DNA of 64,000 nt, taken from positions 4,830-68,829 of the forward strand of contig JBKHBT010000007.1 in assembly GCA_046542255.1 (NCBI GenBank). The letters run 5' to 3'. Under the pieces are notes generated by a model. It worked only from the letters and a program-made list of their open reading frames with translations, did not search any database and was not told the DNA's origin. The translations under genes were made by a program, and so were the position numbers. The stretch is from Candidatus Zixiibacteriota bacterium. GTDB taxonomy: Bacteria; UBP14; UBA6098; JBKHBT01. This document shows, piece after piece, positions 10,076-21,083 of this stretch. How positions within the stretch are numbered: position 1 is the stretch's first letter; the number at the start of each line of letters is the position of its first letter.

Positions 10076-10743
10076 TCAGCGACTGTATAGTCGATAAGTT
10101 CTCTAATTTTGAATTGAACTGTATCTTCCGATGGATAAACATAGGATTGATACTTGACTGGCCCAAGCTCTGGTACGACCCAGATATGTAATGAATCAGT
10201 CAAAAGGCTGCTCTCTGTCGAGATGAACATATGATAGCAATTATCAAATGTTCCAGCAGGAAGTTCCAATGTTTCGATTGCTCTGCATTCGCCATTAATA
10301 GTAACTTCAAATACGCTAATCGTAGTAGCTGTTTGCCATGTATCGCCGACTTCTGGATAAAGCTTGACAGATTTGAACTTAAGCTCTTGATTAACAGGTG
10401 GGCCATTCCATTTGACTGTCCACAGGTAGTTATCATCTGTACGATAGAGATCTACCAGCGTATCAGGAAGGTCAATTACCTTTTTGTATGTATGGCCATC
10501 GCCTTGATAAAGCGAATCGCCTGTTATTAGCTGATACATAGTATCGACAGAATCAATTTCAGAAGAGATGCTGTTGATATATTTTATCTCGAAATCCCAA
10601 CGATTACCGTCATCGAGTGGGAAAAATTTTTCATTTGTGCTATCATCATTATTGTCATCATCGTCATCATCGCCACAACCAACCAGAAACAGTGAACCTG
10701 CGATTAGAGAAAGCAAAAGTATCAATGTAATTGCTTTTTTCAT
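10072..10743 (-). CDS. Hypothetical lipoprotein with poly-Asp linker
   Basis: Lipobox LFLVGC followed by DDDDDDNNDD. RBS AGGAGG on the minus strand. No recognisable domain. Confidence 0.5.
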   Translation of the reverse strand: MKKAITLILLLSLIAGSLFLVGCGDDDDDDNNDDSTNEKFFPLDDGNRWDFEIKYINSISSEIDSVDTMYQLITGDSLYQGDGHTYKKVIDLPDTLVDLYRTDDNYLWTVKWNGPPVNQELKFKSVKLYPEVGDTWQTATTISVFEVTINGECRAIETLELPAGTFDNCYHMFISTESSLLTDSLHIWVVPELGPVKYQSYVYPSEDTVQFKIRELIDYTVAE

Positions 10744-10913
10744 TTGAACCTCCTGTGATTCGTTTAATTTGGCTAAAAAAAATGAGAAAAACCTATTTTG
10801 TAAAGAAAAATTTTGCTTTTAAAAGTTCATATCTATATAAATGGGATTTTTTTAGGGATTATTCTTGCTAAATACTATTTAATTTCTAAATTTATGGGTA
10901 AATTTGGAGGAAG

Positions 10914-11342
10914 ATGAAAATTTCAATAGCATCCGACCATGGCGGTTTTGAGTTAAAAGAAAAATTAGTAGCTCATCTGAAGAAGAGCGGCTACAAATTG
11001 AATGATCATGGGACATATAGCGAAGAGAGCGTTGATTATCCCAATTTCGCCCAAAAAGTAACTGCTGATATCGTAGACAAGAAAGCAGACCGGGGAATTC
11101 TTATCTGCGGAACAGGAATAGGCATGTCTATCGCTGCGAATAAAGTCAATGGCATAAGATGCGGACTTTGCACAAGCATCTATCATGCAAAGATGACTAG
11201 AGCACACAATAATGCTAATATTTTGGCATTGGGCGGTAGATTTACCAAGTTAGAAGACGCATCCAAAATTGCAGAAACTTTTTTAACAACGTCTTTCGAA
11301 GGTGGCCGTCACCAAAGAAGAATCGATATATTTGAAAAATAG
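10914..11342 (+). CDS. rpiB: Ribose-5-phosphate isomerase B (RpiB/LacA family)
   Basis: MKISIASDHGGFELKEK...GILICGTGIGMSIAANK...IRCGLC are hallmark RpiB blocks. Confidence 0.85.
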   Translation: MKISIASDHGGFELKEKLVAHLKKSGYKLNDHGTYSEESVDYPNFAQKVTADIVDKKADRGILICGTGIGMSIAANKVNGIRCGLCTSIYHAKMTRAHNNANILALGGRFTKLEDASKIAETFLTTSFEGGRHQRRIDIFEK

Positions 11343-11369
11343 TTTATAATCTATATCAAAGGAGCGATT

Positions 11370-12632
11370 ATGCATCATTTAGAACATGTAAAAAAAGCAG
11401 ATCGAGAAGTTTTTGAAGCAATTCGAGGCGAAGAAAACCGCGAGGCCTTCGGCCTTGAATTAATTGCAAGCGAGAATTACCCATCTATCGCCGTTATGGA
11501 AGCGACTGGCTGTGTTATGACTAATAAATATGCAGAAGGCTATCCCGGCAAAAGATATTATGGGGGATGTGAATTTGTTGATATGACAGAAAATATGGCA
11601 ATAGAGCGCGCCAAGAAGCTTTTTGGTGCCGAACATGCAAATGTACAGCCGCATGCTGGTTCGCAGGCGAATATGGCCGTGTATTTCAGTTTGATGAATC
11701 CTGGCGATAAGCTCTTTGGGCTCAAGCTTGCCCATGGAGGACATCTTACTCATGGACACAAAGTCAATTTCTCTGGTAAGATTTATGATGTCGGATATTA
11801 TGGCGTTGATAAAGAAACCGAGATGTTAGATTATGATAAAATCGCCGAAAAAGCAGAAGAATTTAAGCCAAAAGTCATTATGACAGGAGCATCGGCATAT
11901 CCAAGAATTTGGGATTTCAAGAAATTCCGCGAGATTGCCGATAATGTTGGCGCAGTTTTGGTTGCAGATATCGCTCATATCGCCGGCCTTGTCGCTGCTG
12001 GGCTTCATCCAAATCCATTTCCACATTGCGAAGTAGTTACCACAACGACTCATAAGACGCTTCGTGGCCCCCGCGGCGGGCTGATTCTCATGAAAGATGA
12101 ATATAAGAAAAAAATCGATAAAACAGTCATGCCCGGAATGCAGGGCGGGCCGCTTTGTCATGTTATCGCTGCTAAGGCTATAGCATTTGGCGAAGCGATG
12201 AAGCCGGAATTCAAAGAATATCAGAAACAGGTTCTGGCAAATGCAATGACATTGGCCAAAAAGCTCGAAGAAAAAGGCTTGAGGCTAGTATCCGGCGGTA
12301 CCGACAATCATCTGCTTTTGGTTGACCTCCGCCCATTAGATATAACAGGCAAGATAGGCGAAGAAACTCTTGATAAAGCCGCTATCACTGTCAATAAGAA
12401 TACTATACCTTTCGATCCGCAGAAGCCATTTATCGCATCTGGAATCAGAATCGGTACACCAGCAATCACATCACGCGGAATGAAAGAAGCTCAGATGGAA
12501 GAGATCGGCGAGCTTATCTATGAAGTACTTTCAAATTATCAAGACGATGGCAAAATTTCTAAAGTCAAAAAAAGGGTAGAGGAACTTTGTAAAGAGTTCC
12601 CGATTTACCCGGAGCTTATAGACTATAAATAA
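11370..12632 (+). CDS. glyA: Serine hydroxymethyltransferase
   Basis: [28 protein letters not shown] and the PLP-site region [11 protein letters not shown] are conserved. Confidence 0.9.
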   Translation: MHHLEHVKKADREVFEAIRGEENREAFGLELIASENYPSIAVMEATGCVMTNKYAEGYPGKRYYGGCEFVDMTENMAIERAKKLFGAEHANVQPHAGSQANMAVYFSLMNPGDKLFGLKLAHGGHLTHGHKVNFSGKIYDVGYYGVDKETEMLDYDKIAEKAEEFKPKVIMTGASAYPRIWDFKKFREIADNVGAVLVADIAHIAGLVAAGLHPNPFPHCEVVTTTTHKTLRGPRGGLILMKDEYKKKIDKTVMPGMQGGPLCHVIAAKAIAFGEAMKPEFKEYQKQVLANAMTLAKKLEEKGLRLVSGGTDNHLLLVDLRPLDITGKIGEETLDKAAITVNKNTIPFDPQKPFIASGIRIGTPAITSRGMKEAQMEEIGELIYEVLSNYQDDGKISKVKKRVEELCKEFPIYPELIDYK

Positions 12633-12697
12633 TTGTAAAATAAATAATACAAGATACTTAAGCTATAGACTTAAAGTAATACATAAGGCTAAATATT

Positions 12698-12727
12698 GAG
12701 GGATGAGAAGTCATCCCTCGATATTTT
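12698..12727 (+). terminator. Rho-independent terminator downstream of glyA
   Basis: Perfect 9 bp stem GAGGGATGA / TCATCCCTC with GAAG loop, followed by a T-rich tract (GATATTTT). Confidence 0.6.
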
Positions 12728-12739
12728 ACTATTAAAAAC

Positions 12740-13246
12740 ATGGAAAAACTTGGATTAATACAAAAAATAATTCTCAGTTATTATGAAAAAATAAAATTCA
12801 GAAAGCTCGATCCTGTCGACTTTTCGAGTTTTGCTAATAATATAAAAAAAACCATGGTTATTCTTCCACCAGAAGATGAGCTTAATAAAAACATAATAGA
12901 TGATATCAAAAAATTTGCAGAAAAAAAATATTTTCCGGAAATTAAATTTATCGGTTTCGAGGATAGTAATTACAAGTTCCTACAGGATTTTGACCATATC
13001 GATAAAGTAAGATTCTCGACGATACCTGCTGGCGAACAATTCAAGATAATATCGAACAAGAACTTCGACTTATCAATAGATATGAATCATAAATTTTGTC
13101 CCAAATGCGCACTTCTTGGGCTATTATGCGATGTGCCTAAAAGGGTAGGGTTCTCTGATAGATATGAAAGCCCATATTATAATTTGATTTACAAGGGAGG
13201 ATCATTGAATAAATTTACAGAATTCATGGAGGGTTTAAAAAATTGA
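12740..13246 (+). CDS. Hypothetical protein (first gene of polysaccharide cluster)
   Basis: 168 aa ORF with no recognisable motifs. Its stop overlaps the TTG start of the downstream GT2 gene. Confidence 0.4.
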   Translation: MEKLGLIQKIILSYYEKIKFRKLDPVDFSSFANNIKKTMVILPPEDELNKNIIDDIKKFAEKKYFPEIKFIGFEDSNYKFLQDFDHIDKVRFSTIPAGEQFKIISNKNFDLSIDMNHKFCPKCALLGLLCDVPKRVGFSDRYESPYYNLIYKGGSLNKFTEFMEGLKN

Positions 13247-14577
13247 AAGAATTATCAGTTTTAGTTCCGGCCTATAATGAAAGCGAAAATCTTCAGCCTC
13301 TTGCAGAAGAATTTGCTAAATTATTGAAAAAGAAAAGACTAGACGCAGAAATTATAATTATCGACGACGGGTCTTCTGATTCTACATATCTTGAAGCCAA
13401 AAGACTTGCCAATGAGTATAAATTCATTAGAGTTGCTTCTCATAGAAAAAATATCGGCAAGACAGCGGCATTAGTTACCGGCTATCGAATTAGCGATGGC
13501 GAATATCTTGCGATTTTCGATGCTGATATGCAGTTTGACCCATGGGATGTTCCCAAAATGCTAGATAAGGCTAAAGAAGGTTACGATATCGTTACCGGAA
13601 AAAAAGTTGGCAAATATCAAAAGCCATTTATATCAGGTATTTATAATTGGTTTTGCCGAAAACTTTTTAAGGTACCTGTTACCGATCTCAATTCCATGAA
13701 GCTTTTTCACCGCGATGTAATGAAAGGTTTACCTCTTCGCGATGATTGGCACAGATATCTCGTTGTTCTTGCTCTGGATCAAGGCTATACAGTTTCCGAG
13801 GTCGATGTTAAATTATCACCTAGATTGCATGGAAAATCGAAATATACAGGCATTTGGAGAATGTTTATCGGCTTTTTTGACCTACTGGCAGTCTGGTTCT
13901 TACTCACCTTTACGCGGAAGCCGATGCTGTTTTTCGGGACTTTAGGTCTTTTTGCATTGATTCTAGCATTTCTTGTTGGTGTCTTTGCTCTGGTTCTTAG
14001 ATTCGGTTATAATACAGGTTACAGGCCGCTTCTCACATTGATAACGCTGCTTGCACAGGCTGGATTTACCTTATTTATCTTTGGTGCGCTTGCAGAGATG
14101 ATAGCATCTTTGCGCGAGAAGATAGATTTCATCCATAATGGCAAAGCCAGGAATGTAAAATCCAAGTCTAAGGTGCCGTACAAGAAAGAAAAAAGTTATT
14201 CCAGGAAATCTTCCCGTTCAGATTCCCAACCAGATAAGAAATCAAATAGAGAAAGAAAAAAAGTTGATAAAAAGAGAATTATCGAAAAGACAAGCAAAAC
14301 TGAAAGTCGAGATAGGATAGATAAGCCAGATAAACAAAATAAAATTTCCAAAACCAAAACTCAAAAGAAAAAATCTATCGAAAAACCTCAAAAAGAAAAA
14401 TCACAAAAGAAAGAAAAAATAGATTATGGCAGGACAAAAAGAAGATCTAGTACAGATTTGGAGATTCTAAGAAAACAAGAGAAACAGGACGAAATGCCAC
14501 AGAGCAATGCGCCGTCTTATGACCGCGAGAATTTGAACTATGGCCGTGAACCAAGGCGTTCTAAAAAGCAGGATTAG
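13243..14577 (+). CDS. Family 2 glycosyltransferase (Dpm1/polyprenol-phosphate sugar transferase-like) with C-terminal TM segments and ~150 aa Lys/Ser-rich disordered tail
   Basis: TTG start. GT2 N-terminus LSVLVPAYNESENL...IIIDDGSSD...FDADMQ. Hydrophobic helices at aa 200-280. The tail is rich in K/S/R/E (KSKSKVPYKKEKSYSRKSSRSD...KKKSIEKPQKEKSQKKEK). Confidence 0.7.
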   Translation: MKELSVLVPAYNESENLQPLAEEFAKLLKKKRLDAEIIIIDDGSSDSTYLEAKRLANEYKFIRVASHRKNIGKTAALVTGYRISDGEYLAIFDADMQFDPWDVPKMLDKAKEGYDIVTGKKVGKYQKPFISGIYNWFCRKLFKVPVTDLNSMKLFHRDVMKGLPLRDDWHRYLVVLALDQGYTVSEVDVKLSPRLHGKSKYTGIWRMFIGFFDLLAVWFLLTFTRKPMLFFGTLGLFALILAFLVGVFALVLRFGYNTGYRPLLTLITLLAQAGFTLFIFGALAEMIASLREKIDFIHNGKARNVKSKSKVPYKKEKSYSRKSSRSDSQPDKKSNRERKKVDKKRIIEKTSKTESRDRIDKPDKQNKISKTKTQKKKSIEKPQKEKSQKKEKIDYGRTKRRSSTDLEILRKQEKQDEMPQSNAPSYDRENLNYGREPRRSKKQD

Positions 14578-14579
14578 AA

Positions 14580-15515
14580 TTGAAAGGCAGAAAATACAAT
14601 TTTCTGATAACTGGTGGCTGCGGTTTTATAGGCTCTAATATCGCACATCATCTCATTCGTTTGGGCCATAATGTCAGGATAATCGACAATCTCACAACTG
14701 GTAGATTGCAAAACATTAAAAGTATATTAGAGGCCATCGATTTCATCGAGGGAGATATTCGCGATATGTCTGTTATCAGAAAATCTGTCTCAGATGTGGA
14801 TTTTGTATTTCATACTGCTGCTTTGGCATCGGTACCTGAATCGATCAAAAATCCTATGAAATGCCTTGATATCAATGAAAAAGGAACGCTGAATTTATTA
14901 GAGGGATGTAGCTTGGAAGATATAAAGCGAATCATTTTTTCATCTTCGGCTGCAGTATATGGCGATTTGCCCGATTTACCAAAGACAGAAGAATCGGATT
15001 TGAAACCGTTATCACCATATGCTGTTAGTAAAATAGCGGGAGAGTATTATTGCAAATGTTATTATCACAACTTCGGATTGGAGTCGGTTATTTTAAGATA
15101 TTTCAATGTTTTTGGCCCAAGGCAATTGCCTAATTCTGATTATGCTGCTGTTATTCCTAAGTTTATTGATAGAGTGAAACAAAAAAAACCGCTTACGGTG
15201 CACGGCGATGGAAAACAGACGAGAGATTTCATATTTATAGAAGATATTGTCAAAGCAAATATGACTGCATGTTTTTCAGAAGGCATAGCTGGACAGATTT
15301 TTAATATTGCATCGGGCGAAAGCATCGAGCTTTTGAAACTAATCGACTATATCAGAGAACCTGACACAAGAATATTTTTCGAAAAGCCCAGGGAAGGTGA
15401 TATAAAATACTCGAGCGCAGATATCACAAAAGCCAAAAAGCATCTTGGCTTTGAACCCAATATTAGTTTAGATCGAGCTATTTCTATTACAAAAGATTAT
15501 TTTTATAATTCATGA
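14580..15515 (+). CDS. NAD-dependent nucleotide-sugar epimerase/dehydratase (SDR family)
   Basis: Rossmann motif ITGGCGFIGSNIAHHL. YxxxK active-site region (PYAVSKIAGE). TTG start assumed. Confidence 0.75.
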   Translation: MKGRKYNFLITGGCGFIGSNIAHHLIRLGHNVRIIDNLTTGRLQNIKSILEAIDFIEGDIRDMSVIRKSVSDVDFVFHTAALASVPESIKNPMKCLDINEKGTLNLLEGCSLEDIKRIIFSSSAAVYGDLPDLPKTEESDLKPLSPYAVSKIAGEYYCKCYYHNFGLESVILRYFNVFGPRQLPNSDYAAVIPKFIDRVKQKKPLTVHGDGKQTRDFIFIEDIVKANMTACFSEGIAGQIFNIASGESIELLKLIDYIREPDTRIFFEKPREGDIKYSSADITKAKKHLGFEPNISLDRAISITKDYFYNS

Positions 15516-16399
15516 AAGATAAAATAAAAATATTGAACTTCCCACCGAGACGGGTTTTGAGTTTCGATATCGAAGAATGGTACCATGCAAACTATAATGG
15601 CTACGACTATAAGAACCTACAACATGCCGAAAAAAGACTGGATTATCTTGTCCCGGAGATTCTCGAGCTTTTGCACAAATCTGGCAGCAGGGCAACTTTC
15701 TTTGTACTTGGAGAAATCGCAAAAATATCACCACATATCGTTAAGATGATAGATAGAGCAGGTTTCCCAATAGGGTCTCATGGGATGACCCATCGTCTTT
15801 TTCATAAATTGAGTAATGACGAGATCGAATCTGAACTTAAAGAAAGTAAAGCAAGGATTGAAAATATAATTGGCAAGCGAATAAAAGGTTTTCGCGCGCC
15901 ATGTTTTGCAATCGATATCGCCCGATATGATGTGCTAATCGATCAACTTCAGAATCTTTTCTATGATTATGACTCATCGATTGTTCCTGTTAAATATTTG
16001 GGTGGCGGTCATAGAAACTATCCTGCCAAGCCTTTCAAAATCAAGAATATAGTTGAATTCCCGTTAGGTTTTTGGGCAAAAGGTGGTTATGGATTTGTTC
16101 TATCTGGTGGCCATTTTAGGTTTTTACCATTAAGGATGATAGAAGCTTTTATAAAAAAGCAAATCCAAAAAGAAATTCCAGTAACTCTATATCTTCATCC
16201 AAAAGACATCGACCGTAATAATCCACGGCTTCCTTTGTCTTTTTTATATAATATAGTTCATATGTTCGGAGTAAAAAAATCCAAGAAAAAGCTTGAAAAA
16301 ATGCTATCTGAATATAAATTCTATGCGATTGAAGATTATTTTCAACACAAAGATGAAAAATTAAATATTGCTAATAAAGAAAAGATAAAGGAAAGATAA
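15512..16399 (+). CDS. Polysaccharide deacetylase family protein (DUF3473-type)
   Basis: LSFDIEEWYH motif and histidine-rich NodB-like blocks (GSHGMTHR). Confidence 0.6.
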   Translation: MKDKIKILNFPPRRVLSFDIEEWYHANYNGYDYKNLQHAEKRLDYLVPEILELLHKSGSRATFFVLGEIAKISPHIVKMIDRAGFPIGSHGMTHRLFHKLSNDEIESELKESKARIENIIGKRIKGFRAPCFAIDIARYDVLIDQLQNLFYDYDSSIVPVKYLGGGHRNYPAKPFKIKNIVEFPLGFWAKGGYGFVLSGGHFRFLPLRMIEAFIKKQIQKEIPVTLYLHPKDIDRNNPRLPLSFLYNIVHMFGVKKSKKKLEKMLSEYKFYAIEDYFQHKDEKLNIANKEKIKER

Positions 16400-17961
16400 T
16401 GAATGAAGGAAATAAAAAGAATTTCAAATACTTTTGGGAAGGTTTATTCTTTCTAATAATTTTTATATTGCTGTTTATGGTTTTTAATCCAGTTATTTTT
16501 ACTGGCGGCGATAATGGCTACTACATTGGGCTTTCTCATTCAATTATAGAAGAATTCTCTTATAATACATATTGGAAAGTCGGTACTCCACCCGAGACAT
16601 CTATTCCACCTGGTTATCCTTTGATTTTGGCAATAATCCAGTTAATATTCGGTGATAGCCTAATCCCAATGAAAATATTTTCTCTTCTTTGTTATTTCAT
16701 TGCTTTATTCTTTATTTACCGTATTCTCCAATTATTTGATGTTAATCGTTTTATAGCTGGTGGTGCTGTGCTTTTTATGGCGCTTTCCCCTGTTTTGAAT
16801 GAATATAGTCATTGGGTTTTGACAGAAGCGCCATTTTTATGTTTTGCAGCAATTGGGATTTATATTTTAGAAAAATATCTTCGTAGAGAAAATAAAGAGC
16901 TAATTCTCTTAATATTATCAGCCGTTATTATATCTTTCGCGGTTTATATTAGGATACCAGCTCTTACTATTCTGCCTGCCGTTTTTTTCTATATCTGGCT
17001 CAAGAAAGATATGAAAAAAGCCTTGATTTTTGCAGCCATCGTTTTTGTAATTCTTCTTCCATGGGGTCTTAGAGTAGTTTTGACTCCTAATCCAGATGGG
17101 AACCTCTATTATCAAAACATCATGCAAGAAAAAATGGGAACGGGGGAAGACACAAGCACTGGTGTGACTGGACTAATATTGAGAATACCGGAGCATTTTT
17201 GGAAGTATGCTACCGACAAAGTTCCAGCCTTGATGATACCACAGAGATTTTATACATCTGAACGTGGTTGGATCGATATTTTTATTGGAGGTTTTATTAC
17301 TTTTCTGATATTAATTGGTATTTACTACTCTTTCAAAAAGAAGCAGTACTTTTCATCACTGTTTATAATCTTTACTTTTGCATTGCTTTTTATAAATCAC
17401 AGCGTGAGAATCCGATATCTTATTATTCTATTTCCCTTTATGATTCATGTCATTTCTCGTGGTGCAGAATTTATATTTTATCAAATTAAAAAGGAAAAAT
17501 TCAGCGATTACATAATGGCTGGATTATTATTCATAATTATTATTTTCGCTACGATTGAATATCTTCCAAATGCCAGAAACAATTTGCAGATTATGAAAAA
17601 ATATGCTATGGGTCAAAAATTTGCAGGCCTGCATCCTGTGTATCTCAGGTATTTTGAAACCGCAAAATGGGTAAAAAATAATACTCCAGAAGATGCTTTA
17701 ATAATAGCTAGAAAACCTCGTCTTTTCTATGTATTAAGCGGTAGGAAATCAGATATCTTCAAGAAGAATGAGAATAAAGAAGTTGTGATAAATGATATTT
17801 TAGAGAGAGATATCGATTACTTGATAATCGACCGAATCCTCGCTGAGACTGGCTACTATCTTATTCCTGCTATAGAATCAAGAAATGATATATTCAAAGC
17901 TATATATAAAACAGCTGAACCAGAAAACTATATTATAAAGGTAATTAAAGAGAATAAATGA
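16399..17961 (+). CDS. Integral membrane GT-C-fold glycosyltransferase (ArnT/PMT-like)
   Basis: About 12 predicted hydrophobic helices. The N-terminal loop with DNGYY...PPGYP resembles ArnT/PMT family loops. Assignment tentative. Confidence 0.45.
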   Translation: MNEGNKKNFKYFWEGLFFLIIFILLFMVFNPVIFTGGDNGYYIGLSHSIIEEFSYNTYWKVGTPPETSIPPGYPLILAIIQLIFGDSLIPMKIFSLLCYFIALFFIYRILQLFDVNRFIAGGAVLFMALSPVLNEYSHWVLTEAPFLCFAAIGIYILEKYLRRENKELILLILSAVIISFAVYIRIPALTILPAVFFYIWLKKDMKKALIFAAIVFVILLPWGLRVVLTPNPDGNLYYQNIMQEKMGTGEDTSTGVTGLILRIPEHFWKYATDKVPALMIPQRFYTSERGWIDIFIGGFITFLILIGIYYSFKKKQYFSSLFIIFTFALLFINHSVRIRYLIILFPFMIHVISRGAEFIFYQIKKEKFSDYIMAGLLFIIIIFATIEYLPNARNNLQIMKKYAMGQKFAGLHPVYLRYFETAKWVKNNTPEDALIIARKPRLFYVLSGRKSDIFKKNENKEVVINDILERDIDYLIIDRILAETGYYLIPAIESRNDIFKAIYKTAEPENYIIKVIKENK

Positions 17962-19142
17962 AAGTCTGCCACGTTGTTACAGCTTTTGCCAGGAATGAAA
18001 AAGACCAGTTCATCACTCCATGGATGATCTCCATGCTAAAACAACAGCAGAATATAGGAATTGACAATACTGTATTTGCACCAGCATGGAAAGGGCTAAA
18101 AGCCAATATATTCGAAGGTATAAGAGTAAAACGTTTCAGATATTTTATAAAGAAGTTCGAAGTATTTTCACATGATAATTCATTCCCATCACAGATTAAG
18201 AATAATTTCTTATATGCTCCTCTTGGATTATTTTTGCTTTTTTTTGGGGCGATATCCCTGGCAAGATTATTGAAGAAAGAAGACTTTGATTTGGTTCATA
18301 TCCATTGGCCATTGCCACTATCATTGATGACTGTTTTTCTGCCGAAAGATTTACCAATAGTTTATACTTACTATTCGGCTGAAATTGTATTTTTTAAGAA
18401 TTTAGCTGCACCTTTGAGATGGTTCTTTAAAGGATTCATCAAAAAGGCAAAAAAGCATATTGTAATTTCAAGCTATACAAAGGAAATATTCCATAAGAAT
18501 TTCCCCGAATTTGAAGTCATAACTATTCCAGCATGTCATCAGTTTCCATCAGAAATTAGAGATGCTAAGTTTCCCGAAAAAAAGCCATATAGACTTCTGT
18601 TTGTTGGTAGATTAGTTCCAAGGAAGGGCGTAAGATATCTGATTGAAGCTATGGCTTCTTTGCTCGAAGAAATCGATGTCGAGCTGACAATCATTGGCGA
18701 TGGTGTACTATTTGATGAACTATCAGATCTTGCGGAAACCCTGAAAGTAAATGATAAAGTCGAATTTTTTGGTTTTGTATCGCACGAAGAAAAACTCAAG
18801 ACATACTATAATTCAGATTTATTTGTTCTTCCAGCATGCTTCGATGACAATAATGATACCGAGGGTCTGGGGATGGTTCTTGTCGAAGCTCTTTCTTATG
18901 GATGTCCTGTCATCGCTTCGAAAGTTGGCGGAATCGTGGACATAGTCAAAGATGGCAAGACAGGGCTATTATTTGAAGAAAAGTCCCCCGAAGCAATCAA
19001 AAATGCTGTTCTGACAATATTTGAAGATCCTGAGCTGTATATGAGATTAGCCCGAGACGGCGCAGAATTCGTAAAGGCAAAGTTCGATAGCAAAAATATT
19101 GCAAAAAGAATTATTAAGGTATATGAATCTGCAATTCGATAG
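17958..19142 (+). CDS. Family 4 (GT-B) glycosyltransferase
   Basis: C-terminal GT4 signature EGLGMVLVEALSYGCPVIASKVGGIVDIV.DGKTG. Confidence 0.75.
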   Translation: MKVCHVVTAFARNEKDQFITPWMISMLKQQQNIGIDNTVFAPAWKGLKANIFEGIRVKRFRYFIKKFEVFSHDNSFPSQIKNNFLYAPLGLFLLFFGAISLARLLKKEDFDLVHIHWPLPLSLMTVFLPKDLPIVYTYYSAEIVFFKNLAAPLRWFFKGFIKKAKKHIVISSYTKEIFHKNFPEFEVITIPACHQFPSEIRDAKFPEKKPYRLLFVGRLVPRKGVRYLIEAMASLLEEIDVELTIIGDGVLFDELSDLAETLKVNDKVEFFGFVSHEEKLKTYYNSDLFVLPACFDDNNDTEGLGMVLVEALSYGCPVIASKVGGIVDIVKDGKTGLLFEEKSPEAIKNAVLTIFEDPELYMRLARDGAEFVKAKFDSKNIAKRIIKVYESAIR

Positions 19143-19238
19143 ATATTGTTTTTCTTGTCTAAATCTAAAAATTTGTTTAATTTATATTTTGTGAATGCGC
19201 TATTTTGAAGCTCATATATTTGGATAAAGGAGTAAATC

Positions 19239-21083
19239 ATGTGCGGAATTATTGGATATATCGGGAAAAGGGATGCTATACCAGTTCTAATAGAGGGCCT
19301 AAAAAGGCTGGAATATCGTGGCTATGATTCAGCAGGATTGGCTGTTTTGGAAGATGATGGACTTAAGATCGAAAAGGTAAAAGGCAAGATTGCTAATCTT
19401 GAGCAAAAATTGGAGGAAGACCAGTTTAAGACAAATCTTGGCATTGCCCATACTAGATGGGCAACTCATGGCGAGCCAAATGCTATAAATGCTCATCCAC
19501 ACACAGATAGTTCTGGCAAGATAGCGGTCGTGCATAATGGTATTATCGAAAATTATAGCGTTTTAAGGGAATATCTATCCCGACGTGATCATAAATTTAC
19601 AACAGATACCGATACGGAAGTTATAGCACATCTTATTGAAGATTTCATGGAGCAGGATGGAGTTGATTTCGAGGAAGCTATTCGATTGACACTCTTGCAA
19701 TTAGAAGGCACATATGGCCTTGCTATGATTCATGAAGATTATCCTGATCTAATATATGCTGCAAAGCATGGTAGCCCTCTTATAATCGGTATCGGAAAGG
19801 ATGAAAATTTCATAGCATCAGATGGAACAGCGGTGATGAGGTATACCGATCGAGTAATCTATATCGAAGAAGGTGAAATCGCCAGAATATCCAAGGATGA
19901 ATATGAGATTTTTACGCTTAATCGAAAAAAGGTCGAACCACGCGTAGAGAAACTTGCACATGACTTACATGAAATCGAAAAGAGCGGATATGCTCATTTT
20001 ATGCTCAAAGAAATTTATGAGCAACCCAGGACAATGACAAATTCGTATCGTGGTAGGCTCAATATCGAAGAAGGCACTGCTAGATTAAATGGCCTTAAAG
20101 ATTATCTTACGAAATTGAAGGATATAGATCGAATAATAATAACAGCCTGCGGGACTTCATGGCATTCTGCTCTGATTGGCGAATTTCTCATAGAAGAGCT
20201 GGCCAGAATTCCGGTAGAGGTCGAATATGCCTCCGAATTCCGTTACAGAAGCCCAATACTCGATAAAAACACAGCCGTTTTTATGATAAGCCAGTCAGGT
20301 GAAACAGCGGATACCCTGGCAGCACTTTTGGAAGCCAAAAGAAAGGGCGCACCGGTATTTGGCATCGTAAATAAAGTCGGTTCTGAGATTGCGCGCAAGA
20401 CAGATGCAGGAGTTTATATACATGCCGGGCCGGAAATCGGCGTCGCTTCGACAAAGGCTTTCACTTCTCAAGTAATGGTACTAACTTTAATTGCTATCTT
20501 GCTCGGTAGAATGCGCGAATTGCCAATTGCTCGAGGAAGACAACTGATTGGAGATATTGCTAGAATACCGGATCTTGTCCATGCATATTTGAATAAGGAA
20601 ACCGAAGAAAAACAAATTCCAAAGCTTGCTGAAACATTGAAAGATGTGAGTAACTGTCTATATTTAGGAAGAGGAATAAATTACCCTGTTGCTCTTGAAG
20701 GAGCACTTAAACTAAAAGAGATATCTTACATACACGCAGAGGGTTATCCTGCTGCCGAAATGAAGCATGGACCAATTGCTCTTATCGATAAAAATATGCC
20801 TGTTGTATTTCTAGCTACTGAAGATGAACTCTATCCAAAAGTTCTGTCAAATATCGAAGAAGTACGATCACGTGGGGGAAGGGTTATCGCGATAGCTTCA
20901 GATGGTGATAATGAAATTAAAAAACTGGCTAATGATGTCATCCATGTGCCGAAAACAGATAGATTGTTTTATCCTCTTGTGATTTCGATACCTTTGCAGC
21001 TTTTGGCATACCATATTGCCTTATTAAGAGGATGTAATGTAGATCAACCAAGAAATTTAGCAAAAAGCGTAACGGTGGAATAA
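19239..21083 (+). CDS. glmS: Glutamine--fructose-6-phosphate aminotransferase
   Basis: N-terminal MCGIIGYIG (Ntn amidotransferase Cys1), two SIS domains, 614 aa. Confidence 0.92.
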   Translation: MCGIIGYIGKRDAIPVLIEGLKRLEYRGYDSAGLAVLEDDGLKIEKVKGKIANLEQKLEEDQFKTNLGIAHTRWATHGEPNAINAHPHTDSSGKIAVVHNGIIENYSVLREYLSRRDHKFTTDTDTEVIAHLIEDFMEQDGVDFEEAIRLTLLQLEGTYGLAMIHEDYPDLIYAAKHGSPLIIGIGKDENFIASDGTAVMRYTDRVIYIEEGEIARISKDEYEIFTLNRKKVEPRVEKLAHDLHEIEKSGYAHFMLKEIYEQPRTMTNSYRGRLNIEEGTARLNGLKDYLTKLKDIDRIIITACGTSWHSALIGEFLIEELARIPVEVEYASEFRYRSPILDKNTAVFMISQSGETADTLAALLEAKRKGAPVFGIVNKVGSEIARKTDAGVYIHAGPEIGVASTKAFTSQVMVLTLIAILLGRMRELPIARGRQLIGDIARIPDLVHAYLNKETEEKQIPKLAETLKDVSNCLYLGRGINYPVALEGALKLKEISYIHAEGYPAAEMKHGPIALIDKNMPVVFLATEDELYPKVLSNIEEVRSRGGRVIAIASDGDNEIKKLANDVIHVPKTDRLFYPLVISIPLQLLAYHIALLRGCNVDQPRNLAKSVTVE

